A stretch of DNA of 62,494 bases from Muribaculaceae bacterium (GTDB lineage: Bacteria > Bacteroidota > Bacteroidia > Bacteroidales > Muribaculaceae). The notes beneath the pieces were generated by a model that did no database searches, had not been told where the DNA came from, and worked only from the letters and a program-made list of their open reading frames with translations. This document shows positions 51,329 to 60,489 of the stretch, piece after piece. The position numbers and the translations under genes were made by a program. Location of the stretch: positions 1 to 62,494 of the forward strand of contig JAXJRL010000125.1 of the NCBI GenBank assembly GCA_036310635.1, given 5' to 3'. Each line of letters opens with the position of its first letter. The first letter of the stretch is position 1.

Positions 51329-54300
51329 ATGTCAGAACCTAAGAACGACACCAACATAAAGGCCTCGGGACAGGCACAGAGCCAGTCCCGACAGGACGCG
51401 TCGGGGAGCTCGCCGCTGAAGGTGAACCCTCTGGTGGCCGCAGGCATGAAGTACCGCAAGGAGGTGATCCTGCTTGTGTGCGTGCTGATAGCCTTCGGCA
51501 TCTACTCGCTGAAGGTGATGAACAAGAACGAGTTCCCGTCGTTCACCATCCGCGAGGGCGTGGTGGCCGCCGTCTATCCCGGCGCCACCGTGGAGCAGAT
51601 AGAGCAGGAAGTGCTCAAACCCATTGAGGACTATATCTTCAGCTACAAGCAGGTGGACAAGGCCAAGACCCACTCGCAGGTCACCGCCGGCATGGCCATA
51701 GTCTTCGTGGAGCTCGACGACAATGTGGACGATGCCAAGCCGTTCTGGAACGAGTTCAAGCTGGGCATGGAGCAGGTGAAGCTGAAACTGCCGCCCGGCG
51801 TGCTCGGAGTGGAGACTCTCAGCAACTTCGGCGAGACTTCGGCCCTGCTCATCACCATGCAGAGCGACGACAAGACATATCGCGAACTGGGCGACTACAT
51901 GGACCGCCTCAAGGACCGCCTGCGCACCGTCAAGAGCGTGGGTGCGCTGACAGTGAGCGGCAAACAGCAGGAGGAGATAGCCGTATACCTCAATCCCGAG
52001 AAACTGAAACACTACGCCCTGTCCGAGGCCACCATAGGCGCCACCCTGCTGGCCCAGGGCTTCCAGACCACCGGCGGCAGCCTGAAGAGCGGCAAATACA
52101 ACAAGCCCATCATAGTGAACCGCACCGAGAACAGCGTGGCCGCCGTGCGCGACATGGTGGTGCTCTCTACCCCCGATGGCGCCGTGGTGCGCCTGGGCGA
52201 CATCGCCGACGTGAAACGCGAATATCCCGAGCCCGACAGCTATATCACCAACAATTTCCAGAAGTGCATACTCCTGTCCGTGGCTATGAAGGAAGGCTAC
52301 AACATTGTGGAGATGGGCGCCGAGGTCGACAAGCAGATCGAGGCCTTCAAGCAGGAGATTCCGGAGAGCGTCACCCTGTTCAAGATCACCGACCAGCCGG
52401 TGGTGGTCAACAGCTCGGTGAACTACTTCCTGGTGGAGCTGCTCGTGGCCATCATCGCCGTGGTGGTGGTGATCATGCTGCTGCTTCCGCTAAATGTGGC
52501 GCTGATAGCGGCCTCGACCATCCCGATTGCCATATTCATATCGCTGGGTCTGTTCTATGCCTTCGGTATAGAGCTCAACACCGTTACGCTGGCGTGTCTG
52601 ATAGTGGCGCTGGGCATGATTGTTGACAACTCGGTGGTAATCATCGACGACTATGTGGAACTCATCTCCGAGGGCATGGACCACTACCAGGCCACGCTGC
52701 GCGCCGGAACGGAGTTCTTCAAGGCCATTTTCTCGGCCACGCTGGCCATTTCGGTAACCTTCTTCCCCTTCCTGCTCACCATCACCGGCATGTTCCGCGA
52801 CTTCCTGACCGATTTTCCGTGGGGCATGACCATCATCCTGTTCGTGTCGCTGATGGTGGCCGAGCTGCTTGTGCCGTTCCTGCAGTACAAGCTCATCAAG
52901 AAACCCATCTACAAGCTCCAACAGGAGGCCATAGCCTCCGGCCGCAAGAAATTCAGCTTCTTTGTGTCGATGCAGAATGTGTACAACCGCGTGATCGATG
53001 CCTGCTTCCGCTGGCCCAAGGCCACGGTGGCACTGGGCGTGGTGTGCGTGGTGCTGGGCACCCTGCTGTTCGTCACCCGCCCGCTGCAGCTCATGCCCAT
53101 CGCCGAGCGCAACCAGTTTGCCGTGGAGATATTCATGCCCCAGGGCACATCGGTTGAGCGCACCAGCCAGGTTGCCGACTCGCTGGAGAAGGTGCTGTCG
53201 GCCGACGACCGCGTGGTGTCGATAGCCTCGTTCCACGGGTGCTCGTCGCCCCGCTTCCAGGCCACATACGCTCCCCAGGTTGGCGGACCGGCCTTCGCAC
53301 AGTTCATTGTGAACACCAAGAGCAACGACGCCACCATCGGCGTGCTCAACGATTATACCGAGAAATACGAAAGCTTCTTCCCCGACGCCTTCGTGCGCTT
53401 CAAGCAGCTGAGCTACTCCACCGCCGACTATCCCATACAGATACGTCTGCAGGGCACCTCGCCGGCCGAACTGCAGACGCGCGTTGACAGCGTGGCGGCC
53501 GTGGCACGCCGTGTGCCGGGTCTGCGCAACGTGCGCACATCGCTCGACAATCCGCTTGCATCGTCGCTTGTCACCCCCGACAAGGTGCGCTCCGAGCGCC
53601 TGGGTCTTAACTCCACGCTCATCGAGACTACGCTGGCACTGCGCTACTCGAGCGGCCTGCCCGTGGCCACGGTGTGGGAGGGCGACTACGGCATCCCCGT
53701 CACGCTCAAGACCCGGTACTCCGACCGCAGCAATGCCGCCGACCTCGAGTCCGAGCCCATGCCTGTGGTAGGCCTCCAGACGGTGCCTCTGCGCCAGATC
53801 TCCACAGTCACGCCGCAGTGGCATCCCGGCCAGCTGACGCACTACAACGGCGTGTACACCGTGTCGCTGATGGCCGAGGTGCAGCGCAATGTCAACGTCA
53901 TTGACCGCACCGAGGCGCTGATGGACAGCATCGACAACGCCGGTCTGGCCGAGGGCGTAACCCTGACCCGCGGCGGTGAATGGGAGAACACCATGGACAC
54001 TCTGCCACAGATTCTTACCGGCCTGGCGCTGGCCGTAGCGGTGATATTCTTCATCCTGCTGTTCCACTACGCGCAGGCCGACACCGCCATCCTCCTCCTG
54101 GTGTCGCTGCTGCTTTGCATGCCCGGCGCGGCCTTCGGCCTGATTGTCCAGGACACGGCGCTGTCGCTTACGTGTGTGCTCGGCATAGTGTCGCTGATGG
54201 GCATCCTGGTGCGCAACGCCATTGTACTCCTTGACTACGCCGAGGAACTACGCAACCAGGGACAGCCCATGGTGCAGGCGGTGCTCAACGCTTCGAAACG

Positions 54301-54532
54301 ACGCATGCGTCCCATCTTCCTGACCTCGGCGGCGGCCACCATGGGCGTGCTGCCAATGGTCATCGGCAACAGCGCGCTGTGGAAGCCGATGGGCGTGGTC
54401 ATCTTCTGGGGCACGCCGGTCACCATGATATTCATCCTCACGGTGATCCCCGTGGCCTACGCCATGATGAAAGGACGGCAGAAAGGCGCCGACCAGCCGC
54501 CCACGGAGCCCATGGAGACGCACCTGCTCTAA
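51329..54532 (+). CDS. RND efflux permease (AcrB/AcrD/AcrF family)
   Basis: YPGAT, GMIVDNSVVI, GILVRNAI, RMRPIFLTS. Confidence 0.95.
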   Translation: MSEPKNDTNIKASGQAQSQSRQDASGSSPLKVNPLVAAGMKYRKEVILLVCVLIAFGIYSLKVMNKNEFPSFTIREGVVAAVYPGATVEQIEQEVLKPIEDYIFSYKQVDKAKTHSQVTAGMAIVFVELDDNVDDAKPFWNEFKLGMEQVKLKLPPGVLGVETLSNFGETSALLITMQSDDKTYRELGDYMDRLKDRLRTVKSVGALTVSGKQQEEIAVYLNPEKLKHYALSEATIGATLLAQGFQTTGGSLKSGKYNKPIIVNRTENSVAAVRDMVVLSTPDGAVVRLGDIADVKREYPEPDSYITNNFQKCILLSVAMKEGYNIVEMGAEVDKQIEAFKQEIPESVTLFKITDQPVVVNSSVNYFLVELLVAIIAVVVVIMLLLPLNVALIAASTIPIAIFISLGLFYAFGIELNTVTLACLIVALGMIVDNSVVIIDDYVELISEGMDHYQATLRAGTEFFKAIFSATLAISVTFFPFLLTITGMFRDFLTDFPWGMTIILFVSLMVAELLVPFLQYKLIKKPIYKLQQEAIASGRKKFSFFVSMQNVYNRVIDACFRWPKATVALGVVCVVLGTLLFVTRPLQLMPIAERNQFAVEIFMPQGTSVERTSQVADSLEKVLSADDRVVSIASFHGCSSPRFQATYAPQVGGPAFAQFIVNTKSNDATIGVLNDYTEKYESFFPDAFVRFKQLSYSTADYPIQIRLQGTSPAELQTRVDSVAAVARRVPGLRNVRTSLDNPLASSLVTPDKVRSERLGLNSTLIETTLALRYSSGLPVATVWEGDYGIPVTLKTRYSDRSNAADLESEPMPVVGLQTVPLRQISTVTPQWHPGQLTHYNGVYTVSLMAEVQRNVNVIDRTEALMDSIDNAGLAEGVTLTRGGEWENTMDTLPQILTGLALAVAVIFFILLFHYAQADTAILLLVSLLLCMPGAAFGLIVQDTALSLTCVLGIVSLMGILVRNAIVLLDYAEELRNQGQPMVQAVLNASKRRMRPIFLTSAAATMGVLPMVIGNSALWKPMGVVIFWGTPVTMIFILTVIPVAYAMMKGRQKGADQPPTEPMETHLL

Positions 54533-54548
54533 AAGACAAAAAACCAAC

Positions 54549-54584
54549 CTATAAGACTTATAAAACTTATAAGACTTATAATAC
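54549..54584. repeat. 9-bp tandem repeat, 4 copies (TTATAAGAC)
   Basis: CTATAAGAC TTATAAAAC TTATAAGAC TTATAATAC; same unit as at 33964. Confidence 0.85.
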
Positions 54585-54594
54585 AAACACACAT

Positions 54595-55896
54595 ATGATC
54601 ACGCGTATACTTCACATAGCAATTCTGGCCGCGCTTGCCGTTGCGCCGGGAGTAGCCACCGGCCAGAACAGCGCCGACACGGTGCTGACACTGGAGCAGT
54701 GCCGCACCATGGCACTGGCCAACAACGCGGCCGTCCGCACGGCGCGCAACGATGTGCTCTCGGCGCAGGAGACGCGCCGCGAAGCCTTCACCAAATACTT
54801 CCCCGAGGTGCAGGGCGGTGTGTCGGCTTTTTGGGCCAACCACGACATAATCCAGTACAATGTGCTTGATCTGCTGACGCTCGGGATAGTGAAAAACGGC
54901 AAGGCCGCCGGCATCTGGGCGGTGCAGCCGGTGTTCATGGGCGGCAGGATTGTGAACGGCAACAAGCTCGCCAAGGTAGGCGAGGAGGCCGCCAGAATCA
55001 AGCAGGAGCAGACCGCCGACCAGGTTCGCCTCGCCACCGACGCCCTCTACTGGCAACTGGTCACCCTCAAATCGGGCCGCGGCACCCTGCTGCATGCCAT
55101 CGCCACGCTTGACACCCTCGGACGCCAGGTCAAGGCTGCTGTCGACGCCGGCGTCACCACCAACAACGACTATCTGAAAGTGGAACTGAAACTCAACCAG
55201 TTCCGCGCCGACCTCGTCGACCTTGACAACGGCATCGACGTGGTGAGCCGCCTTCTGGGCCAGCAGACGGGCCTCGGCGCCGACACGCGGGTGGATGTGT
55301 CGGCCGTGGTGCCCGACAGCGTGCCGCAGTATCCGCAGGACATCTATGTGGCTCCCGGCGAGGCCCTTTCGCACACTTACGACCGCCAGCTGCTGGAGAA
55401 GAATGTGCAGGCCAAGGAGCTCGAGCGCAAGATGGAGATTGGCAACTATATGCCGTCGCTTGCCGTGGAGGCCGGATGGGTCTATCACAACGTTTTCCAC
55501 CAGAACCACAACTTCGGCGGCGTGATGGTGACGCTGTCTGTGCCCCTGTCCGGATGGTGGGGCGGTTCGCACGCCATCAAGCGCAAGACCTTGGCCTTGG
55601 AGAACGCGCGCATCGAGCGCGACAACCTGAGCGAGAAGCTGCAGATTGAGATTGCCGACAAATGGGACAATCTGACCGCAGCCCACCGCAAAATGCGCAT
55701 CGCCAACGAGGCCATAGCCCAGAGCAATGAGAGTCTGCGACTCACGCGCGCCTACTACGAGGCCGGCATGAACACCATCACCGACCTTCTCGACGCCGAG
55801 ACCCTCAACCGGCAGACGCGCGACCAGTACACTGCCGCCTACGGCAACTTCTGCGTGGCCCGCGCCCAATACCTGGCCGCCATCGGTCCCAGATGA
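54595..55896 (+). CDS. TolC family outer membrane protein
   Basis: Start MITRIL at 54595; LTLEQCR.MAL.NN, QPVFMGGRI, VPLSGWW. Confidence 0.9.
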   Translation: MITRILHIAILAALAVAPGVATGQNSADTVLTLEQCRTMALANNAAVRTARNDVLSAQETRREAFTKYFPEVQGGVSAFWANHDIIQYNVLDLLTLGIVKNGKAAGIWAVQPVFMGGRIVNGNKLAKVGEEAARIKQEQTADQVRLATDALYWQLVTLKSGRGTLLHAIATLDTLGRQVKAAVDAGVTTNNDYLKVELKLNQFRADLVDLDNGIDVVSRLLGQQTGLGADTRVDVSAVVPDSVPQYPQDIYVAPGEALSHTYDRQLLEKNVQAKELERKMEIGNYMPSLAVEAGWVYHNVFHQNHNFGGVMVTLSVPLSGWWGGSHAIKRKTLALENARIERDNLSEKLQIEIADKWDNLTAAHRKMRIANEAIAQSNESLRLTRAYYEAGMNTITDLLDAETLNRQTRDQYTAAYGNFCVARAQYLAAIGPR

Positions 55897-55929
55897 TCCA
55901 ACATCCAACACACTATAAAAATAAAACAG

Positions 55930-55963
55930 CAGATCCTATTTCATCGTCATGAAATAGGATCTG
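55930..55963. terminator. Bidirectional terminator between the RND operon and the phage-head operon
   Basis: 15-bp perfect inverted repeat CAGATCCTATTTCAT-cgtc-ATGAAATAGGATCTG. Confidence 0.75.
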
Positions 55964-55968
55964 TCTTT

Positions 55969-56421
55969 CTATAAGGGGTCGGTGGGCAGGCGCGGAAAGG
56001 GCCGCGGATAGGATTGGGAGTGCAGGGCCGCCGCGGCGGACGCTGTCAGCGCCCCGGCTGTCTGCAAATGGATTGAGGCTCGGCCGGGATTGTAGCCGAG
56101 AAAGGCCAGATGAAGCAGATGGTGCACCGTGGCCGTCCTGAGCGGAAGGCGCAGGGAGTCAAAGGCTTCAGGCGGCATATCCTTCCCGCATTGGGGCGAG
56201 AATGTCAGCGATTCCGGGTTGTCGGCATCGGGGGTGAAGACTGCCGCCAGCGGAGGATCCACGGCCGCAGCGGTCAGAGCGGCGGCATGGGGGAGCAGGC
56301 GCAGGAGCGCGGCACGCAGGTCGGAGGTGATGATGCCGTGGGGCGTATCGGCAGGTGCAAGCGCCGCGGCTATGCCGTCTGCAGCGAGCACATCGGTGAG
56401 TATTGTTTCTGTGTCAATCAT
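55969..56421 (-). CDS. Hypothetical protein, possibly a head-tail connector/adaptor
   Basis: 150 aa, predicted helical; last gene of the head operon; ATGA overlap with the upstream gene. Confidence 0.5.
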   Translation of the reverse strand: MIDTETILTDVLAADGIAAALAPADTPHGIITSDLRAALLRLLPHAAALTAAAVDPPLAAVFTPDADNPESLTFSPQCGKDMPPEAFDSLRLPLRTATVHHLLHLAFLGYNPGRASIHLQTAGALTASAAAALHSQSYPRPFPRLPTDPL

Positions 56422-56864
56422 GCCTTAGGATCGGGAAATGGTGAATATGAAGCGGTCATGCGCAGATATGGGCGCAACAGGCGCATGGCAGTCGGAACAG
56501 AGATATAGAACCGGGGGGCTGGCACAGAAACGAGCACGTGGCGCAGGGCATCGGGGAGCGACATGAGCGGGTCGGCCTTGATCATGCGGTCGACAGCGTC
56601 GGAGATATGGCGGCTACGAGCCTTTACTGCCGTCTCGGTGGCTATGTCGGCAGTGCCCTCGTCCCGGTGGCGACGGTATACGGCCATGGCACGGCGCGCA
56701 CTGGTATAATCCACATAGAAATGGTCGGCGCCACCGAACACGGTCAGGACGGCTATACGTCTCAGCGACGGATTTTTGCCCCGCCGTTTCTCGGCCTGCA
56801 GATGCTCGAAAGCCTTGCGTCGCAGGTCGCGGTCGCGGTCAGGTTTGTGATACATAGTTTTCAT
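56418..56864 (-). CDS. Basic hypothetical protein, possibly DNA-binding
   Basis: Arg/Lys-rich; internal repeat ADHFYVDYTSARRAM / APRFYISVPTAMRLL. Confidence 0.6.
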   Translation of the reverse strand: MKTMYHKPDRDRDLRRKAFEHLQAEKRRGKNPSLRRIAVLTVFGGADHFYVDYTSARRAMAVYRRHRDEGTADIATETAVKARSRHISDAVDRMIKADPLMSLPDALRHVLVSVPAPRFYISVPTAMRLLRPYLRMTASYSPFPDPKA

Positions 56865-56882
56865 AAGATAAAGGTAATCAGA

Positions 56883-58190
56883 TTAATGTGAATTTTGGGA
56901 GGGAGCAAGCGTCGAAAGCGCCAGTGCGCGGTTGTCGCGGCGTGTGATCAGCTCGGAGAATGTGTCGAAAATGTCGGCCAGGGCTATTATTGAGTTCGAC
57001 ACCTGGCTCTCGTACAGGGCGCTGCCGGTGGTTCCGGAGTTGGACTTACCGAAGAATGCCTCGCTGACGCCCGAAATGTCCTGGAAAAGCCTCAGCTGCA
57101 GTTCGAGCAGCCGGTGCGCGCCGGCATCGGCACCGTTGCCCACAATCTGCTGCGGCAGGATGTTAGAGCGACCGGTGATGGGAATCACGCCGTCGGTCGA
57201 GGTCCACGACGACACAATGTCATCCCACGAGAACGATGTGGGCTTCTGGTTCTCCGGAAAGAGCAGAACGCCCTTGGCCGATGTGCCCATGATCTTGTCA
57301 ATCATCACTATGAGGCGGTTCACATAGCGCTGCTGGTCCAGTATGTCTTCCACGAAGGAGTGCACCTCGCCGTCGGTGAACGGATGGAACTTGAACACGA
57401 ACGGATGGCTGGCGGCCACATCGGGCGCGCCGTGCTCGGCCAGTATGTCGCCGGCCGGGGACAGCCAGCGGCAGCGCCAGCGGAACGATGCCGGGGTACC
57501 GTTGGGCGCCGACACAGTGTCGAGCGTCCACAGCTCGATCACGCGGCACTTCGACGAATCCGGGCAGGTGAAGAACGAGTTGTCGGCGGCGGTGACGGGC
57601 CGCGACACCCACGAGCGGTCCACGTCGGCATAGGTGCGCTCCAGCCACTTGGCGCGCGACGGCGAGCCGCCGCCAAATCGCGCCAGGAGTTGCGGAAAGC
57701 TGAAATCGTGGAGCATGGCCAGCATCTCCACATCGTGGCCGCGGGGGTCGGAGAAGGGGCCGGTGATGAATCGGTCGGGCGACACATTGTCAATCCACAC
57801 TCCGGCGCCGGCGGGGCGCACGTCGGGGGCTATGCGCTGTATGGCGCAGCCCGAGATTAGGAATTCCTCGAAGAGGCGGGCATCGAGCTCGGCCACGGAG
57901 TTGAGGGCGGCCACATCGGGGGGCATGAGCGTGGGGCGCGATGCGTCGAGTGTGCGTTTGCGGCCCACGAGCGACTTGACAAGTCGGCGTATCAGATTGT
58001 TGACGAGTGGCTGGCGGCCTGTGCTGCGGATATAGTCGGCCTCGGTCACCAGGTTGCCGTTACGGTCGCGGATGGTGTCGCCCCACTGGTCGCCGTAGGT
58101 GTAGCGCTTGAAGCGCTGGCGGCTGAGGCGTCGCGGTGCCGCTTCCTGCCAGGCCCGGTGCACGGCCTGGATCAATTGCTGGTTTTGCAT
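56883..58190 (-). CDS. Phage portal protein, P22-like, shortened
   Basis: YTYGDQW...GRQPLVNNLIRRLVKSLVG N-terminal pattern; LDQQRYVNRLI; ISGVSEAFFG..SG..G near the C-terminus. Confidence 0.75.
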   Translation of the reverse strand: MQNQQLIQAVHRAWQEAAPRRLSRQRFKRYTYGDQWGDTIRDRNGNLVTEADYIRSTGRQPLVNNLIRRLVKSLVGRKRTLDASRPTLMPPDVAALNSVAELDARLFEEFLISGCAIQRIAPDVRPAGAGVWIDNVSPDRFITGPFSDPRGHDVEMLAMLHDFSFPQLLARFGGGSPSRAKWLERTYADVDRSWVSRPVTAADNSFFTCPDSSKCRVIELWTLDTVSAPNGTPASFRWRCRWLSPAGDILAEHGAPDVAASHPFVFKFHPFTDGEVHSFVEDILDQQRYVNRLIVMIDKIMGTSAKGVLLFPENQKPTSFSWDDIVSSWTSTDGVIPITGRSNILPQQIVGNGADAGAHRLLELQLRLFQDISGVSEAFFGKSNSGTTGSALYESQVSNSIIALADIFDTFSELITRRDNRALALSTLAPSQNSH

Positions 58191-58753
58191 GGGTCAAGCG
58201 AATAGGGGTTGGGAAGTAGTGAAAGCGCACTCTCGTCCATGACATATGTTTCGTCGCCGGGGTCGACGACGGCCCACAGCCGGGACAGTACAGGCACGGC
58301 CTGCGAAGCGCTGAAAAGGGTGACAGTGGAGCCCGAGCGGACTGCCACAGGCCGGAGGGCGCCGGCACGGCTGAAGGGATTGGCCTGGAGAGCGGCAAGT
58401 CGCGCCATGTCGGGGCTCGCAACCGAGCCGGACTCAAGGATGGGAACCGACAGCACTGATCCGACGAGCACAAGCGAGCAAGCGCGGCGCACATTGGCCG
58501 GAAGCTGGATGCTGTATTTGCCGGGCACTTCGCTGTCCGCCTTGAGCTGCAGGCCGGCGGCGATGTCGGTGAGCTGCAGGTGGCGCAGCGGGGCGGTGTC
58601 GAGCAGATTGAGATACCACTGCCGCATGGCAGTGGCGATGGCGGCGTCGGAGTCGAGCCCCTCGAACTGCTCGATTGAGCAGTCCGAGCGACTCTCCTCC
58701 AGGCCCGCCGCCCGCCTCCAGAGGGCGAGCATCTGGGCATGGGTGAGTGTCAT
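58172..58753 (-). CDS. Phage structural protein, adaptor/ring-like
   Basis: Lies between capsid and portal genes; I.LP.N.RR and Q.NPF.R....RPV patterns that I recall from Bacteroidota phage neck proteins. Confidence 0.5.
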   Translation of the reverse strand: MTLTHAQMLALWRRAAGLEESRSDCSIEQFEGLDSDAAIATAMRQWYLNLLDTAPLRHLQLTDIAAGLQLKADSEVPGKYSIQLPANVRRACSLVLVGSVLSVPILESGSVASPDMARLAALQANPFSRAGALRPVAVRSGSTVTLFSASQAVPVLSRLWAVVDPGDETYVMDESALSLLPNPYSLDPCKTSN

Positions 58754-58766
58754 AAGTCAATGAGTG

Positions 58767-60002
58767 TCAGGAGTGTTTGGCCACCACGCGCATGTGGGTG
58801 TCGGGATGACGGAGCACCAGGCACGATGCCTCGGTGACTACAATGGCGTCGGTGTTGCGGATGCCGGAGCGGCGCAGGTCAAGGTTCTCGGTGTGGAAGG
58901 GCACATGGCAGTACTTGGTCATGTAGTCGGGGTCGAGGATGAAACCGTCGTCGGCATGGCCGCACTGGTCGAAGATCTCGCTGAGCACCACATAGAGCGT
59001 GCCGAAGTTGGAGCGGATCTCGCGAAACTCTATTCCCCACTTCACGAAGGTGGAGCCGGCGCCGACCACCTTGTCGTACTGTATCTTGGAGAGCGCCTCG
59101 ATCAGGCCCGAGCCGCCGATCAGAATCTTGCGCGCCGAGCCGCCGTTGCCGGTGAAGGCTTTGCGGCATAGCTCCACGAGGGTCGATGAGGTGAGCGTGG
59201 CCGGGTTGTAGTCGAACTGCTTGTCGGTCTGGTGCCAGATGCCGCCGGTCAGGTAAATGTCCTCCTTGCTGTTGGGGTCGACAAGCTCGGTGTTGACGCC
59301 GAACAGGAACGACTTCTCCATGCCCTGGCGCATGTCAATGATGGCAACTTCCTCCTGGTCGCTGAAATTCCAGCCAACCTCCTTGTTGGCAAGCTTCTGG
59401 AAGGTGGACTGCTCCACCTGCATCTTGAAGATCTGGCACGTGTTGCTCTTCTTGACGGGCAGGGCTTCGAACTGTGCCGTCTGCACATCGAGCTCGGCTG
59501 CCGCGCGACCCATGCGCACCAGTTTCTGTCCCGTGGCGAAGGGGCCGAAGTCGGGCTGGCCGCTCTCGTCGGCGACCAATCCGGGACACTTCACGAGCAC
59601 TCCGGAGCTGTCGGCATCGAGCACATAGAGAACAGGTTGCTTGCCCTCGCCGTTGACAACGCCGGGGAGGAGGAGGGTCTCCGACGGCGAGAAGATGGCA
59701 TTGTTGTCGGTGTGGATGTAGAAAACATCTTCGCCCTTGCTTGGAACCGGAGTCACCTGGGCCTTGTTGATGTTGGCCGAGGTGGGCTTCACGTCCACTG
59801 AGTAGTACTCCACCTTCATCGATCCGCAGGGGCGCGAGCCGGCACAACGGCTCAGCTGGTCGATGGGCGTGGCCATGGGACGGATTTTTACGATGCGCTC
59901 GTCTATGCTGTTCTGAAGCAGTTCGGGGACGGCCTGGTTGGTGAGTTTGGTGGTGAGGGGGGCGCCGTTCACTGCGGCACCGTTCTGTGAATTTGAAATC
60001 AT
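58767..60002 (-). CDS. Major capsid protein, SU10/DUF5309-like (HK97 fold)
   Basis: I..IRP.ATP, N.CQIF...VE.S, ME..FLFG, TGGI, ..SNFG.L motifs; 411 aa. Confidence 0.78.
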   Translation of the reverse strand: MISNSQNGAAVNGAPLTTKLTNQAVPELLQNSIDERIVKIRPMATPIDQLSRCAGSRPCGSMKVEYYSVDVKPTSANINKAQVTPVPSKGEDVFYIHTDNNAIFSPSETLLLPGVVNGEGKQPVLYVLDADSSGVLVKCPGLVADESGQPDFGPFATGQKLVRMGRAAAELDVQTAQFEALPVKKSNTCQIFKMQVEQSTFQKLANKEVGWNFSDQEEVAIIDMRQGMEKSFLFGVNTELVDPNSKEDIYLTGGIWHQTDKQFDYNPATLTSSTLVELCRKAFTGNGGSARKILIGGSGLIEALSKIQYDKVVGAGSTFVKWGIEFREIRSNFGTLYVVLSEIFDQCGHADDGFILDPDYMTKYCHVPFHTENLDLRRSGIRNTDAIVVTEASCLVLRHPDTHMRVVAKHS

Positions 60003-60058
60003 GTGTGATTAAGATAAAATGGTTGGAAAAAATTGTTTTTGGTGTTGTTCCCGGCGCA

Positions 60059-60403
60059 TCAGTCCCAGAATCCCGGGCGGATGTAGGAGAGGAATGTTGG
60101 CTCGGAGCGCACTTCCTTTTTGGGCTCGGCAGGCTCATCGGTCTTGGGCTTGGCGGCATTGGCGGCCATACCGGCGGCGATGGCGCCCGAGAGCGACTGC
60201 GCCAGGCGGTCGATGGCAGAGTCCACCGCGCGTGCCACGCTCTGCTCTATCCTTTCGTCCACCGATGATGCGGGTTCTGCGGGTTGCGGCTCCGCGGGCT
60301 GCTGTGTTGCCGCGGGCTGCGCTGCGGCTGACTGGGGTGCGTTGGCCTCTTCTTTCCCGGCCGTTGCCTGGGAGGGCGCCGGTTGTGTTTTCTGAATCTT
60401 CAT
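60059..60403 (-). CDS. Scaffold-like low-complexity protein (114 aa)
   Basis: ATG at 60403 (the track's TTG start at 60460 lies inside the -7 box); Ala/Gln/Pro-rich, one helix, aromatic C-terminus FLSYIRPGFWD; directly upstream of the capsid gene. Confidence 0.55.
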   Translation of the reverse strand: MKIQKTQPAPSQATAGKEEANAPQSAAAQPAATQQPAEPQPAEPASSVDERIEQSVARAVDSAIDRLAQSLSGAIAAGMAANAAKPKTDEPAEPKKEVRSEPTFLSYIRPGFWD

Positions 60404-60457
60404 AGCGATTAAAATTGGTTTTTGGTTGTTAAACTTGGTATTTGTGTTTTTCGTTTG

Positions 60458-60489
60458 CAAATTTACAATGGTATTTTGCCAATGTCAAG
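60458..60489 (-). promoter_or_regulatory. Sigma-A-type promoter of the head operon
   Basis: Minus strand reads CTTG-N20-TAAATTTG, 55 bp upstream of ATG 60403. Confidence 0.7.

Larger units (their letters stand above)
55969..60489 (-). mobile_element. Stand-alone phage head module (domesticated prophage remnant or GTA-like operon)
   Basis: Capsid, portal and accessory genes, all co-oriented and open; no integrase, terminase, tail or lysis genes; host genes on both sides. Confidence 0.65.

Noticed and set aside
58767..60002. Classical encapsulin
   Set aside because: Motifs fit an SU10/DUF5309 phage capsid, a portal is co-encoded, and no peroxidase, ferritin-like or desulfurase cargo gene is adjacent.
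55969..60489. Complete, inducible prophage
   Set aside because: Only 4.5 kb; no integrase, repressor, replication, terminase, tail or lysis genes; host genes on both sides; no att repeats seen.
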